The position numbers and the translations under genes are program-made. Below are positions 1 to 9,645 of a DNA stretch of 64,000 bases, piece after piece. Where the stretch lies: assembly GCA_002368175.1 (NCBI GenBank), contig AP018172.1, forward strand, positions 157,599 to 221,598, given 5' to 3'. This DNA is from Calothrix sp. NIES-2098. Lineage in GTDB: Bacteria > Cyanobacteriota > Cyanobacteriia > Cyanobacteriales > Nostocaceae. Under the pieces are notes generated by a model. It was not told where the DNA came from, searched no databases, and saw only the letters and a program-made list of their open reading frames with translations. Each line of letters begins with the position of its first letter. The stretch's first letter is position 1.

Positions 1-848
1 AAAATTTAACCCCAGAACAGTGCTTTGCCGCTGTGGAAGAGTGCGGCGCACCAGTTGTCTCAATTCCTGGGGGAGAACCGTTAATGCATCCCCAAATTGA
101 TGAAATTGTCCGGGGATTAGTGGAACGCAAGAAGTATGTTTACTTGTGTACCAATGGTTTGTTGCTAGAAAAAAGCTTGGATAAGTTCCAACCTTCGCCT
201 TACCTAACTTTTAGCGTTCATTTAGATGGAATGCGCGAATTGCACGATAAATGTGTCGATCGCAAAGGCGTTTTTGATATTGCTGTTAAAGCCATTCGTG
301 CTGCTAAAGCTAAAGGTTTTCGGGTGACAACTAACACCACTGTTTTTGATGGCACTGACCCTACAGAAATACAGGAGTTCTTCGACTTCCTGGAAACCCT
401 GAATACTGATGGCATGATGATTTCGCCTGGCTACAGCTACGAGTGGGCACCAGATCGAGATCATTTTCTCAAGCGCGAACAAACACGCGCCTTATTTAGA
501 GAAATTCTTGCCCCCCATAAATCTGGTGAGAAAAACTGGAACTTCAATCACAATCCTCTATTCTTAGACTTCCTCACAGGCGAGAAGGACTACGAATGCA
601 CGCCTTGGGGTAGCCCCAGTTACAGCGTTCTCGGCTGGCAAAAACCCTGTTACCTCTTAAATGAAGGTTATTATGCCACCTTCAAGGAATTACTAGAAGA
701 CACAGATTGGAGTCAATACGGTCGCGCTAGTGGTAATCCCAAATGTGCCGATTGTATGGTTCACTGTGGTTATGAACCAACAGCAGCAATGGACGCAATG
801 CAACCGCAAAATATCGCACGTTCTCTAGGTACTGTATTTGGTAAGTAA
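1..848 (+). CDS. hpnH: Hopanoid biosynthesis radical SAM protein HpnH (adenosylhopane synthase), C-terminal part. The 5' end lies upstream of the window.
   Basis: The frame is open from nt 3 with no start codon, so the gene begins before position 1. The sequence is strongly HpnH-like (…[14 protein letters not shown]…CTNGLLL…SVHLDG…[20 protein letters not shown]…[12 protein letters not shown]). Confidence 0.8.
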   Translation, partial: NLTPEQCFAAVEECGAPVVSIPGGEPLMHPQIDEIVRGLVERKKYVYLCTNGLLLEKSLDKFQPSPYLTFSVHLDGMRELHDKCVDRKGVFDIAVKAIRAAKAKGFRVTTNTTVFDGTDPTEIQEFFDFLETLNTDGMMISPGYSYEWAPDRDHFLKREQTRALFREILAPHKSGEKNWNFNHNPLFLDFLTGEKDYECTPWGSPSYSVLGWQKPCYLLNEGYYATFKELLEDTDWSQYGRASGNPKCADCMVHCGYEPTAAMDAMQPQNIARSLGTVFGK

Positions 849-865
849 TTAATATCCCTAGACTT

Positions 866-900
866 ACACAAATGGGTGGGCATAGCCCACTCATTTGTGT
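866..900. terminator. Bidirectional hairpin between the convergent hpnH and amidinotransferase remnant
   Basis: acacaaatgggtgggc-ata-gcccactcatttgtgt forms a 16-bp stem with one mismatch. It lies between the two convergent ORF ends. Confidence 0.5.
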
Positions 901-922
901 AAAAGTAAGCCAAAAACTTCAC

Positions 923-1477
923 TTAAAAATAAGACTTTAATTCCCCTTTTCTCCTAATATCTAAAGTTGCGCAATGAAAAGAGCCACCAAAAGGCGTGTA
1001 ATTTAGAAAAGCGCAAGGGATAGGTTGAAATCCCCAATCTTTCATGGCTCTAATCGTAGATTCTTGAGATTTTTCGACAACTACTCTTTTTTCATCCAGC
1101 ATTAACACATTTAAGCTAATCCATTTGCTACACATCGATACAATATAGCCTGTAATGGGATCTGGTTCTGGAGCAACTAAAATATCCCAAGATTTCAGAA
1201 TTTTGGGTAATTTATTTATATCAATATAGTCAGGGTTAACTAACACCTTACCTGGTGCTAGAGGCATAAAGGTAGAATCAATATGCATGGGGGTAGGACA
1301 ACTACTTTCGATTTCATGGATTGTGTATTTTTCCCCTAAATGCCTTCTTAACCAATTGATGCCAGAATAATTTGTCATATTACTTTTTAAAACAAAAATA
1401 TCTTTACCACAACGCACAAAATCAGCAGCATCAAAAACTGGTTCAAATTCATTAATTACATAACGGATTGGTTCACC
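923..1477 (-). pseudogene. Truncated amidinotransferase (AGAT/StrB-type), C-terminal ~185 codons only
   Basis: The translation …GEPIRYVINEFEPVFDAADFVRCGKDIFV…NPDYID…HCATLDIRRKG matches the C-terminal half of glycine/inosamine amidinotransferases (EPCFDAADFIRAGRDIF…HCWTCDVRRRG). An in-frame stop at 1478-1480 sits where ~240 N-terminal residues would be expected. Only a GTG at 1415-1417 could act as a start. Confidence 0.65.
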
Positions 1478-1648
1478 TTAAAATATGAATAAATTCATCT
1501 AATTCTGTTTGCGCACGCTTATTCCGCATTACAGGTGTCAGCCGCAACCAATTCTAAACCTAGCGGCTCTAATCTGATGAAAATCTTGGAATACATGAGG
1601 GCAATAGGATGAACGCCCAGAAATTCAGATGAATGCGTTGATTCAGTT

Positions 1649-2907
1649 ATATCAGGACTTACGCAACTGGCACAATGCGATCGTTAGTTCATAGTACATA
1701 GGTATTAATTAAATCTGATTTTGAAAGCTTTGCCTTCGTAATAGAAGTCGCTGTCTTGGAAGTACTATCGAAATATTCGTGAGAAAATAGGTAGAGGTTA
1801 TATTAGATAAATTTCGCTAAGGGTAATGAGATTTACTAAGCTTAATTACTGCCAATATTTATTAAGTAGTCAAATTAATTATACAATTACCAATTTGGCA
1901 GAGCATTTAGAGAGTATTAGTCATGACGCAATTAACTATTATTTGAAAACCGAAAAATTAACACCTCGTTTACTATGGGATAACGTGAAAGAGGTCGTTG
2001 AGTCTGATGAAAATGGTTACATCATATTTGATGATAGCGTTTTAGATAAAAAGTATTCTGAAGAAATAGAAATAGTCAGAAGACAATATAGTGGTAATGA
2101 GCATGGTGTCCTGAAAGGCATTGGTGTAGTTAGCTGCGTGTATGTCAACCCTACACTTCAAAGATTTTGGGTCATAGATTATCGAATTTTTAATCCTGAT
2201 GTCGATGGGAAAACCAAGATAGACCATGTGAAAGATATGCTCCAAAACCTTGTGTATCATAAGCTTTTACCATTTGATACTGTTTTGATGGATACATGGT
2301 ATGCGGTACACAGTTTAATGCTATATATTGATAGCTTAGACAAAATTTATTATTGCCCTTTAAAAAATAATCGTTTAGTTGATGATACATTTGGTCAAGA
2401 AAAATATAAACGGATTGAATTATTAGAATGGAACCAAGAAGAATTAGACTGTGGTAAAATCATAAAAATTAAAGGATTCCCAGCTAATAAAAAAGTGAAA
2501 CTATTCCGGGTTACTGTTTCTACCAACAGAACGGATTATGTCGCCACTAACGATTTATCTCAAAGTTCCACGGATGTTGTACAACAGGTGTGTAAAATTC
2601 GTTGGAAAATAGAGGAGTTTCACAGGGAAATTAAACAACTAACTGGCATTGAATCTTGCCAGTGTCGGAAAGCTAGACTCCAAAGAAATCATATTGCTTG
2701 TGCAATGTTGGTTTGGGTTAGGTTAAAGAATTTAGCCTATAGAACTGGCAAAACTATCTATCAAATCAAGCATAACTTGCTTTCTAATTATTTAATTCAG
2801 CAACTGAAGCGCCCAAGTATTTTTATGTGCTTGGTTTGATTTATATTGTCGCGTGTCAGGGCTTTGCCCTGCCTGCTATTTGTGCCAATTGCGTAAGTCC
2901 TAATATC
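1649..2907 (+). mobile_element. IS element (IS4/IS701-like, DDE) with ~27-bp terminal inverted repeats
   Basis: Left end atatcaGGACTTACGCAACTGGCACA (1649-1675). Right end TGTGCCAATTGCGTAAGTCCtaatatca (2881-2907) is its reverse complement with 2 mismatches. The element encloses the transposase ORF. Confidence 0.7.
1826..2839 (+). CDS. DDE transposase (IS4/IS701 family-like)
   Basis: 337-aa ORF with a transposase-like C-terminal motif (…IRWKIEEFHREIKQLTGIESCQCRKARLQRNHIACAMLVWV…). It is flanked by inverted repeats. Confidence 0.7.
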   Translation: MRFTKLNYCQYLLSSQINYTITNLAEHLESISHDAINYYLKTEKLTPRLLWDNVKEVVESDENGYIIFDDSVLDKKYSEEIEIVRRQYSGNEHGVLKGIGVVSCVYVNPTLQRFWVIDYRIFNPDVDGKTKIDHVKDMLQNLVYHKLLPFDTVLMDTWYAVHSLMLYIDSLDKIYYCPLKNNRLVDDTFGQEKYKRIELLEWNQEELDCGKIIKIKGFPANKKVKLFRVTVSTNRTDYVATNDLSQSSTDVVQQVCKIRWKIEEFHREIKQLTGIESCQCRKARLQRNHIACAMLVWVRLKNLAYRTGKTIYQIKHNLLSNYLIQQLKRPSIFMCLV

Positions 2908-2959
2908 AATGAAGTTTCATTTTCCACCATAAGTAAGCGATCGCTATCTACCTAATGGC

Positions 2960-4115
2960 AGTTTCTCATACCAATTAACTAAAAGTATGATACAAATAAT
3001 TAAGGAATAAATATGAACAATAAAAATGGCTGGAGTAACTAAAGTTGAAATAAAAGAGTCAGTCGAAGAGTTACATGAACTGCTGTTAAAACAAAAAACC
3101 GCATCAAGCCGTGAAAGAATACAAGCTTTGTATTTGCTGAAAATGGGACAAGTAAAAACAATACAGGATGTAGGTGTTGTTCTGGGCAGAGGAAGAGTAA
3201 CAGTACAGCGATGGTTAAAGGCTTATACACAATCAGGAATTACAGGTCTGTTAGTAATAAAAAAAAGTACAGGACGACCGCCAATTATTAAGTCAGAAGC
3301 AAAAGAGCAACTTTTAAAAGAACTAGAACAACCAGAAGGATTTAAAAGTTATGAAGAAATCCGAACATGGCTAAAAGCAGTGGAGGGAATAGAAGCATCA
3401 TATAAAGTAGTACATGATACAGTACGTTATCGAATGAAAGCCAAATTAAAAGTGCCAAGAGCAGTAGGGATAAAACATCACGAAGAAGCAGAATCAGAAT
3501 TTAAAAAAAACTGCCACAATACCTAGAAGTCATTAAAAAACACGTTATAGAGCCAAAGGATAAACACAAAAGAATTAGATACTGGTGTGGTGATGAAAGC
3601 CGTGTAGGATTAAAAACAGAATTAGGAAGACTGATTACGCTTTGTGGCATTAAACCTATCGGCATCATGCAATGGAGAAGAGAAAATTTCTATTTATACG
3701 GTTTAGTAGAACCATTAACTGGGGAGTATTATATTTGGGAATTTTCTCATCTCAACACAGCTTGTTTCAATATCTTTCTAGAACAATTTGCGGCTACATA
3801 TCCAGACGATATACATATTCTTCAATTAGATAATGGTGCTTTTCATTTAAGCCAGACACTTCAAATTCCCGAAAATATTATTTTCTTATTTCAACCTCCA
3901 CATACTCCCCAGGTCAATCCCATTGAAAGGTTATGGGAAGAAGTTAAAAGAAATTTAAGTTGGGAATGCTTTGCCAATTTAGACGAGTTAAGAACAGCTA
4001 TCTGGCAACGCCTTGAGCAATTAAACAACTTCATTGTTGCTTCTATTACAGGTTGGGGTTTTATTCTGGATGCTTTATTTGTATCAGGCTTTTCGTGAAT
4101 TGGTATCAGTGCTAA
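2960..4115 (+). mobile_element. IS630/Tc1-mariner family insertion sequence
   Basis: Imperfect terminal inverted repeats ctcataccaattaac (2965-2979) and gtgaattggtatcag (4095-4109, reverse complement ctgataccaattcac). Two-part transposase with a frameshift. Size is ~1.15 kb. Confidence 0.65.
3026..4098 (+). CDS. IS630-family transposase, OrfA (HTH) and OrfB (DDE) joined by a programmed -1 frameshift at the A8 run 3503-3510
   Basis: OrfA (3026..3526) has an HTH N-terminus. Frame 1 opens immediately after TAA 3502-3504 and reads through KKLPQYLEVIKKH… into the DDE domain (…LQLDNGAFH…FQPPHTPQVNPIERLWEEVK…). The slippery A AAA AAA sequence is typical of IS630. Confidence 0.7.
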
Positions 4116-4342
4116 TATTATTAATTTTTACTGTAAAAATGTTGAGTAATTTATATGATGCTTATATACATCAGTGATATTAATCTTACTAGGATTTAGG
4201 ATAGATTAATTATGATGTAAATGCTTGCAAATCCCAGAACCGATTGTAGCTATAACTAACAGTAAATTTCCAGTTACGGAGGTAGATCCTAACTCTTAAA
4301 TCTAGGCGTAAAGCCTGTTTTAATTTTGAATTATGCTGTCAA

Positions 4343-5077
4343 TTAAACTTCTATAATTTGAATTTCATCAAGCTGGTTGATCGCCACATCCGCACCTTTG
4401 ACATGATCTGATTGACCAATCCAAGTAATACCGATGCAACCTGCGGCGTTAGCGTTGCGTGCCATTTGCATATCACCAACAGAATCACCTACCATCAATG
4501 TAGCGCTTGGTTCTACTCCTAAAGCTTGGCAAGCTTGTAAAAATAGGATGGGATCGGGTTTGCTCGGCCCTTCATCTACTCCCATTTCTAACTGGATGTA
4601 ATCACTTAACTGGTGATGAGCGACAAAGCTTTGTACTTCTTGAGTTGTCGCTGCTGAGAGGATACCAAGTTTTAACCCTGCTTCTGAAAGAGATTTCAAT
4701 ACTTCCAAGCTACCGACAAACAATGGCGAAGGAGTTTGACCAATGTATTTTTCGGCTTCATCCAAAGCTTGACGGGCAATTTTTAAAGACTCAAACCACC
4801 CTCTACCAGTTTCAGCAATATATGCAGCAGCAGCAACTTCTGTTTCGCGGCGACTGGCGACTGAGATTAAACCTGCGGGATCGAGGCTATTGCCATTCAC
4901 ACCAAATGCCATTAGTAGAGGTTCACCAATACCAGGAATTTGAGCATCTATTAATCTTGCTGCTCTTTGGGCGAGCGATCGCAAATACACTTCTGAGTCT
5001 TCTAAAGTACCGTTTTTATCAAACAAAATCGCTTGAATATGAGGAAATGTCATATTTTTACATTTAATCGTTACCAA
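4343..5077 (-). CDS. HAD-superfamily hydrolase (phosphatase-like)
   Basis: HAD motif I ILFDKNGTL near the N-terminus and motif IV MVGDSVGDMQMARNA. The true start may be the internal Met at ~5053. Confidence 0.7.
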   Translation of the reverse strand: MVTIKCKNMTFPHIQAILFDKNGTLEDSEVYLRSLAQRAARLIDAQIPGIGEPLLMAFGVNGNSLDPAGLISVASRRETEVAAAAYIAETGRGWFESLKIARQALDEAEKYIGQTPSPLFVGSLEVLKSLSEAGLKLGILSAATTQEVQSFVAHHQLSDYIQLEMGVDEGPSKPDPILFLQACQALGVEPSATLMVGDSVGDMQMARNANAAGCIGITWIGQSDHVKGADVAINQLDEIQIIEV

Positions 5078-5180
5078 AATCCTTCACTCCTCTAATTGAA
5101 ATGGATACCATAAAAAAAGAGGGAAAATCCCCCTTTTTGAAAAACTTTCATGTTTTTAATTACAGACAAATACGAATGTC

Positions 5181-6197
5181 TTACTCTTCAATAGCTGCTG
5201 GAATTTCTTCCTCAATAGCTACTGGGATATCTTCTTCAATAGCTGCGGGAATCTCTTCTTCAACTACAGCATCACCAGCAACAGCAGTAGCACCTTGTTG
5301 TTTCGCTAGCATTTGTTCGCGATACTTGGCTGCCATTTCTTCTGCCTTATCGTAAACCAAATCGCGGTTTTTAATCATGTCACCGGGTTCGGGTTCGAGC
5401 TGCTTGGTTGACAAGGAGATCCGACCTCTTTCTGCATCCAAATCAATGATCATTACTTTCACTTCATCATTGACATTGAAGACGCTGTGAGGTGTATCAA
5501 TATGCTCGTGGGAAATCTCAGAGATGTGCAATAGACCGCTAACGCCACCGATATCAATAAAGGCACCGTAGGGTTTAATACCACGCACTGTACCGATTAC
5601 AACTTCACCAACTTCGAGGCGGTTCATCTTACGTTCAACTAACGCCCGACGGTGAGATAGAACTAAGCGATTGCGTTCTTCGTCTACTTCGAGGAATTTT
5701 AATGGTAGTTCTTCACCTACCAATTCTTCTTTAGGTTTGCGAGTGCTGATGTGGGAACCAGGGATAAAACCACGCAATCCCTCAATCCGCACCAATGCAC
5801 CACCACGGTTAGTAGCAAACACACCAGAGCGAACGGTAGCATCTTCAGCTTGTAGCTGGCGTACACGCTCCCAAGCCCGCATATATTCAATACGACGAAT
5901 TGAGAGGGTTAGCTGACCATCTTCGTTTTCGTCAGTGAGAATAAAGAATTCGCGCGTTTCGTTAGACTGTAATACTTCTTCCGGGGCATCTACCCGGTTA
6001 ATAGACATTTCCTGTATAGGGATGTATGCTGCGGTTTTCGCACCTATGTCAATCAGAGCGCCGCGCGGCTCTATACTGAAAACGGTTCCTGGTACAATAT
6101 CGCCAGGGCTAAAGTGATAATCGTACTTATCAAGTAGAGCAGCGAAATCTTCGTGAGTAAATCCAATTTCTGTAGCGGTTAAATTCTGATTGACCAT
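5181..6197 (-). CDS. rpsA: 30S ribosomal protein S1 (short cyanobacterial form)
   Basis: Three S1 domains (…PGTVFSIEPRGALIDIGAKTAAYIP… / …GFIPGSHIS… / …IGTVRGIKPYGAFIDIGGVSGLLHISEIS…) and an acidic EEIPAAIEE repeat tail. Confidence 0.85.
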   Translation of the reverse strand: MVNQNLTATEIGFTHEDFAALLDKYDYHFSPGDIVPGTVFSIEPRGALIDIGAKTAAYIPIQEMSINRVDAPEEVLQSNETREFFILTDENEDGQLTLSIRRIEYMRAWERVRQLQAEDATVRSGVFATNRGGALVRIEGLRGFIPGSHISTRKPKEELVGEELPLKFLEVDEERNRLVLSHRRALVERKMNRLEVGEVVIGTVRGIKPYGAFIDIGGVSGLLHISEISHEHIDTPHSVFNVNDEVKVMIIDLDAERGRISLSTKQLEPEPGDMIKNRDLVYDKAEEMAAKYREQMLAKQQGATAVAGDAVVEEEIPAAIEEDIPVAIEEEIPAAIEE

Positions 6198-6583
6198 GCT
6201 AATTTGTTCCTGGTTCTAGTCTCCGTAATTTTTTGTCGCGATTGCAATTATCAGGCAAGCGATATCATGCTAGCCCAAACCTTTTTCATCCTAGCGCAGA
6301 AAAGCTAGTAACAACACATATCAACTTCACAGATAGAAGATTATATCATACTGCCTGGTGACAAGTCATTTATCAGGATGTTGATATTTAGTACCAAGGG
6401 TTTCAACCTTAAGATTCATAATTTGTTATCAAATTACTCATAATTAAAGTATTTGACCCAGCCTCTAGCTTACACCAAAGTATTCCCTGATTCTTTACTA
6501 CAATCGGGATTAATCGCGAGTCAAAGTAATTGTAGATAGTGTAATTTTTGCCAAGCAAACTAATTTCAGAGGCAGTAAACGTA

Positions 6584-6620
6584 AATATCCGCTGATACCA
6601 AAGAGGTGACAGCGGATATT
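6584..6620 (-). terminator. Stem-loop downstream of psbB-psbT
   Basis: aatatccgctg…cagcggatatt forms an 11-bp perfect stem. It lies just 3' of psbT on the minus strand. Confidence 0.45.
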
Positions 6621-6657
6621 CATGTTTATATGACGTTAAAAGTCGAGTAATAGTGTT

Positions 6658-6762
6658 CTAATCATCTTTCTTCGCAATGCGGGGGGGTTCGCGAAATGCG
6701 ATCGCAAAGAAGAGAACTCCTATACACAGAGTGAAAATTAAGATGTAAGCAACGCTTTCCAT
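6658..6762 (-). CDS. psbT: Photosystem II reaction center protein T (34 aa)
   Basis: Small ORF absent from the ORF track. It encodes MESVAYILIFTLCIGVLFFAIAFREPPRIAKKDD, the canonical PsbT sequence. It lies immediately downstream of psbB, as in other cyanobacteria. Confidence 0.8.
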   Translation of the reverse strand: MESVAYILIFTLCIGVLFFAIAFREPPRIAKKDD

Positions 6763-6902
6763 ATTACAAGTTCCTGCCTATCCAGCCAGTAATAATATTG
6801 TACCAAGCTAGGGTATGAGGTGTCAGGGACTCGGTACTGGGTATGAGGTCTAGGAAAAACCTATTTCCTCATCTCCAGATCCTAATCCCTAGTCCCTAAA
6901 AA

Positions 6903-8432
6903 TTAGAGAGCTTCCTTACGGCGGGTTGTCTTGTCACCCACTTTCTGGAATAGACCCCATTCGACTTGCTCTTCTAGATCCGCTTCTACACCAGCAAATA
7001 CATCACGGTAGATTGTACGCGCGCCATGCCAGAGATGACCAAAGAAGAATAAGAGAGCAAATACAGCGTGTCCAAAGGTGAACCAACCTCTGGGGCTAGT
7101 GCGGAATACACCATCAGAGTTCAAGGTTTCCCGGTCAAATTCAAAGATTTCACCGCCTTGAGCTTTACGGGCGTATTTCTTCACTTCAGCTGGATCTGTA
7201 AAGGTCTGACCGTTCAGATCGCCACCGTAGAAGCTTACAGTTACACCAGATTGTTCAAAGCTATATTTGGATTCTGCCCGACGGAAAGGAATATCAGCGC
7301 GAACGATACCATCTTTGTCGGTCAAGATAACTGGGAAGGTTTCAAAGAAGTTGGGCAGACGACGTACAGTTAATTCTCTGCCTTCAGCATCTTTGAATAC
7401 TGCGTGACCTTGCCAAGATTGGGCAATACCATCACCCTTGACCATTGGCCCTGTACGGAATAAACCGCCTTTGGCAGGGCTGTTACCAACGTAATCGTAG
7501 AAAGCAAGTTTTTCAGGAATTTGTGACCAAGCTTCCGAAAGGCTTGCACCATTGGCAACGCTGTTTTGGACGCGACGATTAATTTCTTGACGGAAGTAGC
7601 CTTGATCCCATTGGTAACGGGTAGGGCCAAACAGTTCAATTGGGGTAGCAGCGTTACCGTACCACATAGTTCCAGCAACCACGAAGGCAGCAAAGAATAC
7701 CGCAGCAATACTGCTAGAAAGTACAGTTTCAATGTTACCCATCCGCAAAGCTTTGTAGAGCCTTTCGGGTGGTCTGACTGTGAGGTGGAATAAGCCTGCA
7801 ATAATGCCGACGATACCAGCAGCTATGTGGTGAGCAACAATGCCACCAGGATTAAAGGGGTTAAAGCCATCGGGCCCCCATTCGGGCGCTACTGGTTGGA
7901 CGCTACCTGTAACTCCAAAGGCATCAGAAACCCACATTCCCGGGCCATATAGTCCAGTTAGGTGAAAAGCACCGAAGCCAAAACAGAGTAGACCAGATAA
8001 GAACAAGTGAATGCCAAACATCTTTGGCAAGTCTAGAGCAGGTTCGCCAGTGCGAGGATCTCTAAAGAGTTCCAAATCCCAGTAAACCCAGTGCCAAACG
8101 GCAGCTAAGAACAAAAGACCAGAAAGAACAATGTGAGCCGCCGCAACACCTTCAAATGACCAGAAACCGGGATCGGTTGCCGGGCCACCAGTAACGCTCC
8201 AACCACCCCAAGATTGAGTGACGCCCAAACGTGCCATGAAGGGTAACACGAACATCCCTTGACGCCACATGGGGTTAAGAACCGGATCGCTGGGGTCATA
8301 AATAGCTAGTTCGTACAATGCCATCGAACCAGCCCAGCCTGCCACTAGAGCTGTGTGCATCAAGTGTACAGAAATCAGTCGTCCTGGATCGTTCAGAACG
8401 ACTGTGTGTACTCGGTACCAGGGTAGTCCCAT
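6903..8432 (-). CDS. psbB: Photosystem II CP47 chlorophyll apoprotein
   Basis: 509 aa beginning [43 protein letters not shown]…, a highly conserved PsbB sequence. Confidence 0.95.
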   Translation of the reverse strand: MGLPWYRVHTVVLNDPGRLISVHLMHTALVAGWAGSMALYELAIYDPSDPVLNPMWRQGMFVLPFMARLGVTQSWGGWSVTGGPATDPGFWSFEGVAAAHIVLSGLLFLAAVWHWVYWDLELFRDPRTGEPALDLPKMFGIHLFLSGLLCFGFGAFHLTGLYGPGMWVSDAFGVTGSVQPVAPEWGPDGFNPFNPGGIVAHHIAAGIVGIIAGLFHLTVRPPERLYKALRMGNIETVLSSSIAAVFFAAFVVAGTMWYGNAATPIELFGPTRYQWDQGYFRQEINRRVQNSVANGASLSEAWSQIPEKLAFYDYVGNSPAKGGLFRTGPMVKGDGIAQSWQGHAVFKDAEGRELTVRRLPNFFETFPVILTDKDGIVRADIPFRRAESKYSFEQSGVTVSFYGGDLNGQTFTDPAEVKKYARKAQGGEIFEFDRETLNSDGVFRTSPRGWFTFGHAVFALLFFFGHLWHGARTIYRDVFAGVEADLEEQVEWGLFQKVGDKTTRRKEAL

Positions 8433-8952
8433 CGACTACGCTCCTCCTCGATGAGTTAGTTTACAAAGCAATTTTCTTACGGAAGTTATGCGCGGCAGAA
8501 GTTACCGCTGGGACTTCTCTTTTGTTTTTTGTTATTGCCAGGGTCTTTTTTACCACAGCTTGGTCTTGTTAAGTCAGACAGCGTGGGTATTCTGGCTATG
8601 CTTAGACGCTGTAACGGTCTGTACCCGATTGGGTTGCGATCGCTCTCAATATTGAACTACCTCATATTTCTCTAGAAGTGATTAAACCTCTTAGAGGCAT
8701 TTTGGTAGTTAAACGTGCTAGGCAATAGCAAGCGCAAAAATGAGAATATTTTAAAAAGTGTAACTATTGATGGAATTGTTTGCAAGCGTGTAAATAGATG
8801 CGATCGCGTAGCATCTATGATGTTTTTCGCTACCAATCCCTGTCTTACATCTAGTTTACGTGTTCTTATGGAACTAAAGGAGATGAAGCAGGTGAGGAGC
8901 ATAAGGCAGATTCTTCCTCTGCACTCCTGCTCCTCCTACTTCCTCTGCTTTC

Positions 8953-9276
8953 TTACTGCGCCACTGATTGAATGTTTTGCAGCTGACATTTGGCCTCAGC
9001 TGTACCCAAGCGTTCGATTACCTGTTCGGCTGTCATCAAACGCTTCAGCACTACTTGACCGATGGTAGTATTTGCTAGTGTTGTTGTTGGTTTCACTTCT
9101 ACGGTGAGAACGGCCTCTTCAACTCGATAAAGCCACAACAATTCGTTATTTTCCACAAGACAAATATTCAGTTTCTGAATATCTGGTTGGCGTCGCCACG
9201 CGGTTATCTGCCAGAGTCCATCAGAGGCCCAGACTCTAGATACTGTCCATCCTTCAGATAGGAAAAAATATTTCAC
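8953..9276 (-). CDS. Hypothetical protein (107 aa)
   Basis: ORF with protein-like composition. The overlapping + strand ORF 8715..9068 looks spurious. No family recognised. Confidence 0.35.
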   Translation of the reverse strand: MKYFFLSEGWTVSRVWASDGLWQITAWRRQPDIQKLNICLVENNELLWLYRVEEAVLTVEVKPTTTLANTTIGQVVLKRLMTAEQVIERLGTAEAKCQLQNIQSVAQ

Positions 9277-9645
9277 GTTCTTAGTCTCACTATTAGACTA
9301 TTAATCTGCTGTTTACGATATCGCGATCGCCTTCAGCGCTGATGTATATCCCTTGATATATTGTCAGCAAAGCTAGGCAGCAAATGACAAATTTTTAATT
9401 TCAAACTCTTTGGGCTAGGCTCAAAGCTAAACTATCCCAAATAACCCCGATTACTTATAAAATTTACGACAAAATAAGCTACTATTAAAAATTTTAATAA
9501 TATATAAAGTTTTTGATGCTCTAAGATTTCATCTCAAACTATGTACTTTTACCTAATTTTTCTCATAAACGTTGCTATTTTGATGTGAGAAATTAACCAA
9601 CCTATAGTAAAATTACTCACCGCTGATTTCAACAATTTTATTTCT

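Noticed and set aside
4507-5067. 186-aa ORF (+) antisense to the HAD hydrolase
   Set aside because: It is entirely antisense to a gene with clear HAD motifs. Its composition is Leu/Gln-rich and atypical.
5101-5355. 84-aa ORF (+) with ISSSIAAG repeats
   Set aside because: It is antisense to the acidic EEIPAAIEE repeat tail of rpsA and is a mirror-image artefact.
8715-9068. 117-aa ORF (+) overlapping the 107-aa minus-strand ORF
   Set aside because: It has Cys/Arg/Ser-rich, non-protein-like composition. The opposite-strand ORF looks more plausible, so only that one is reported, at low confidence.
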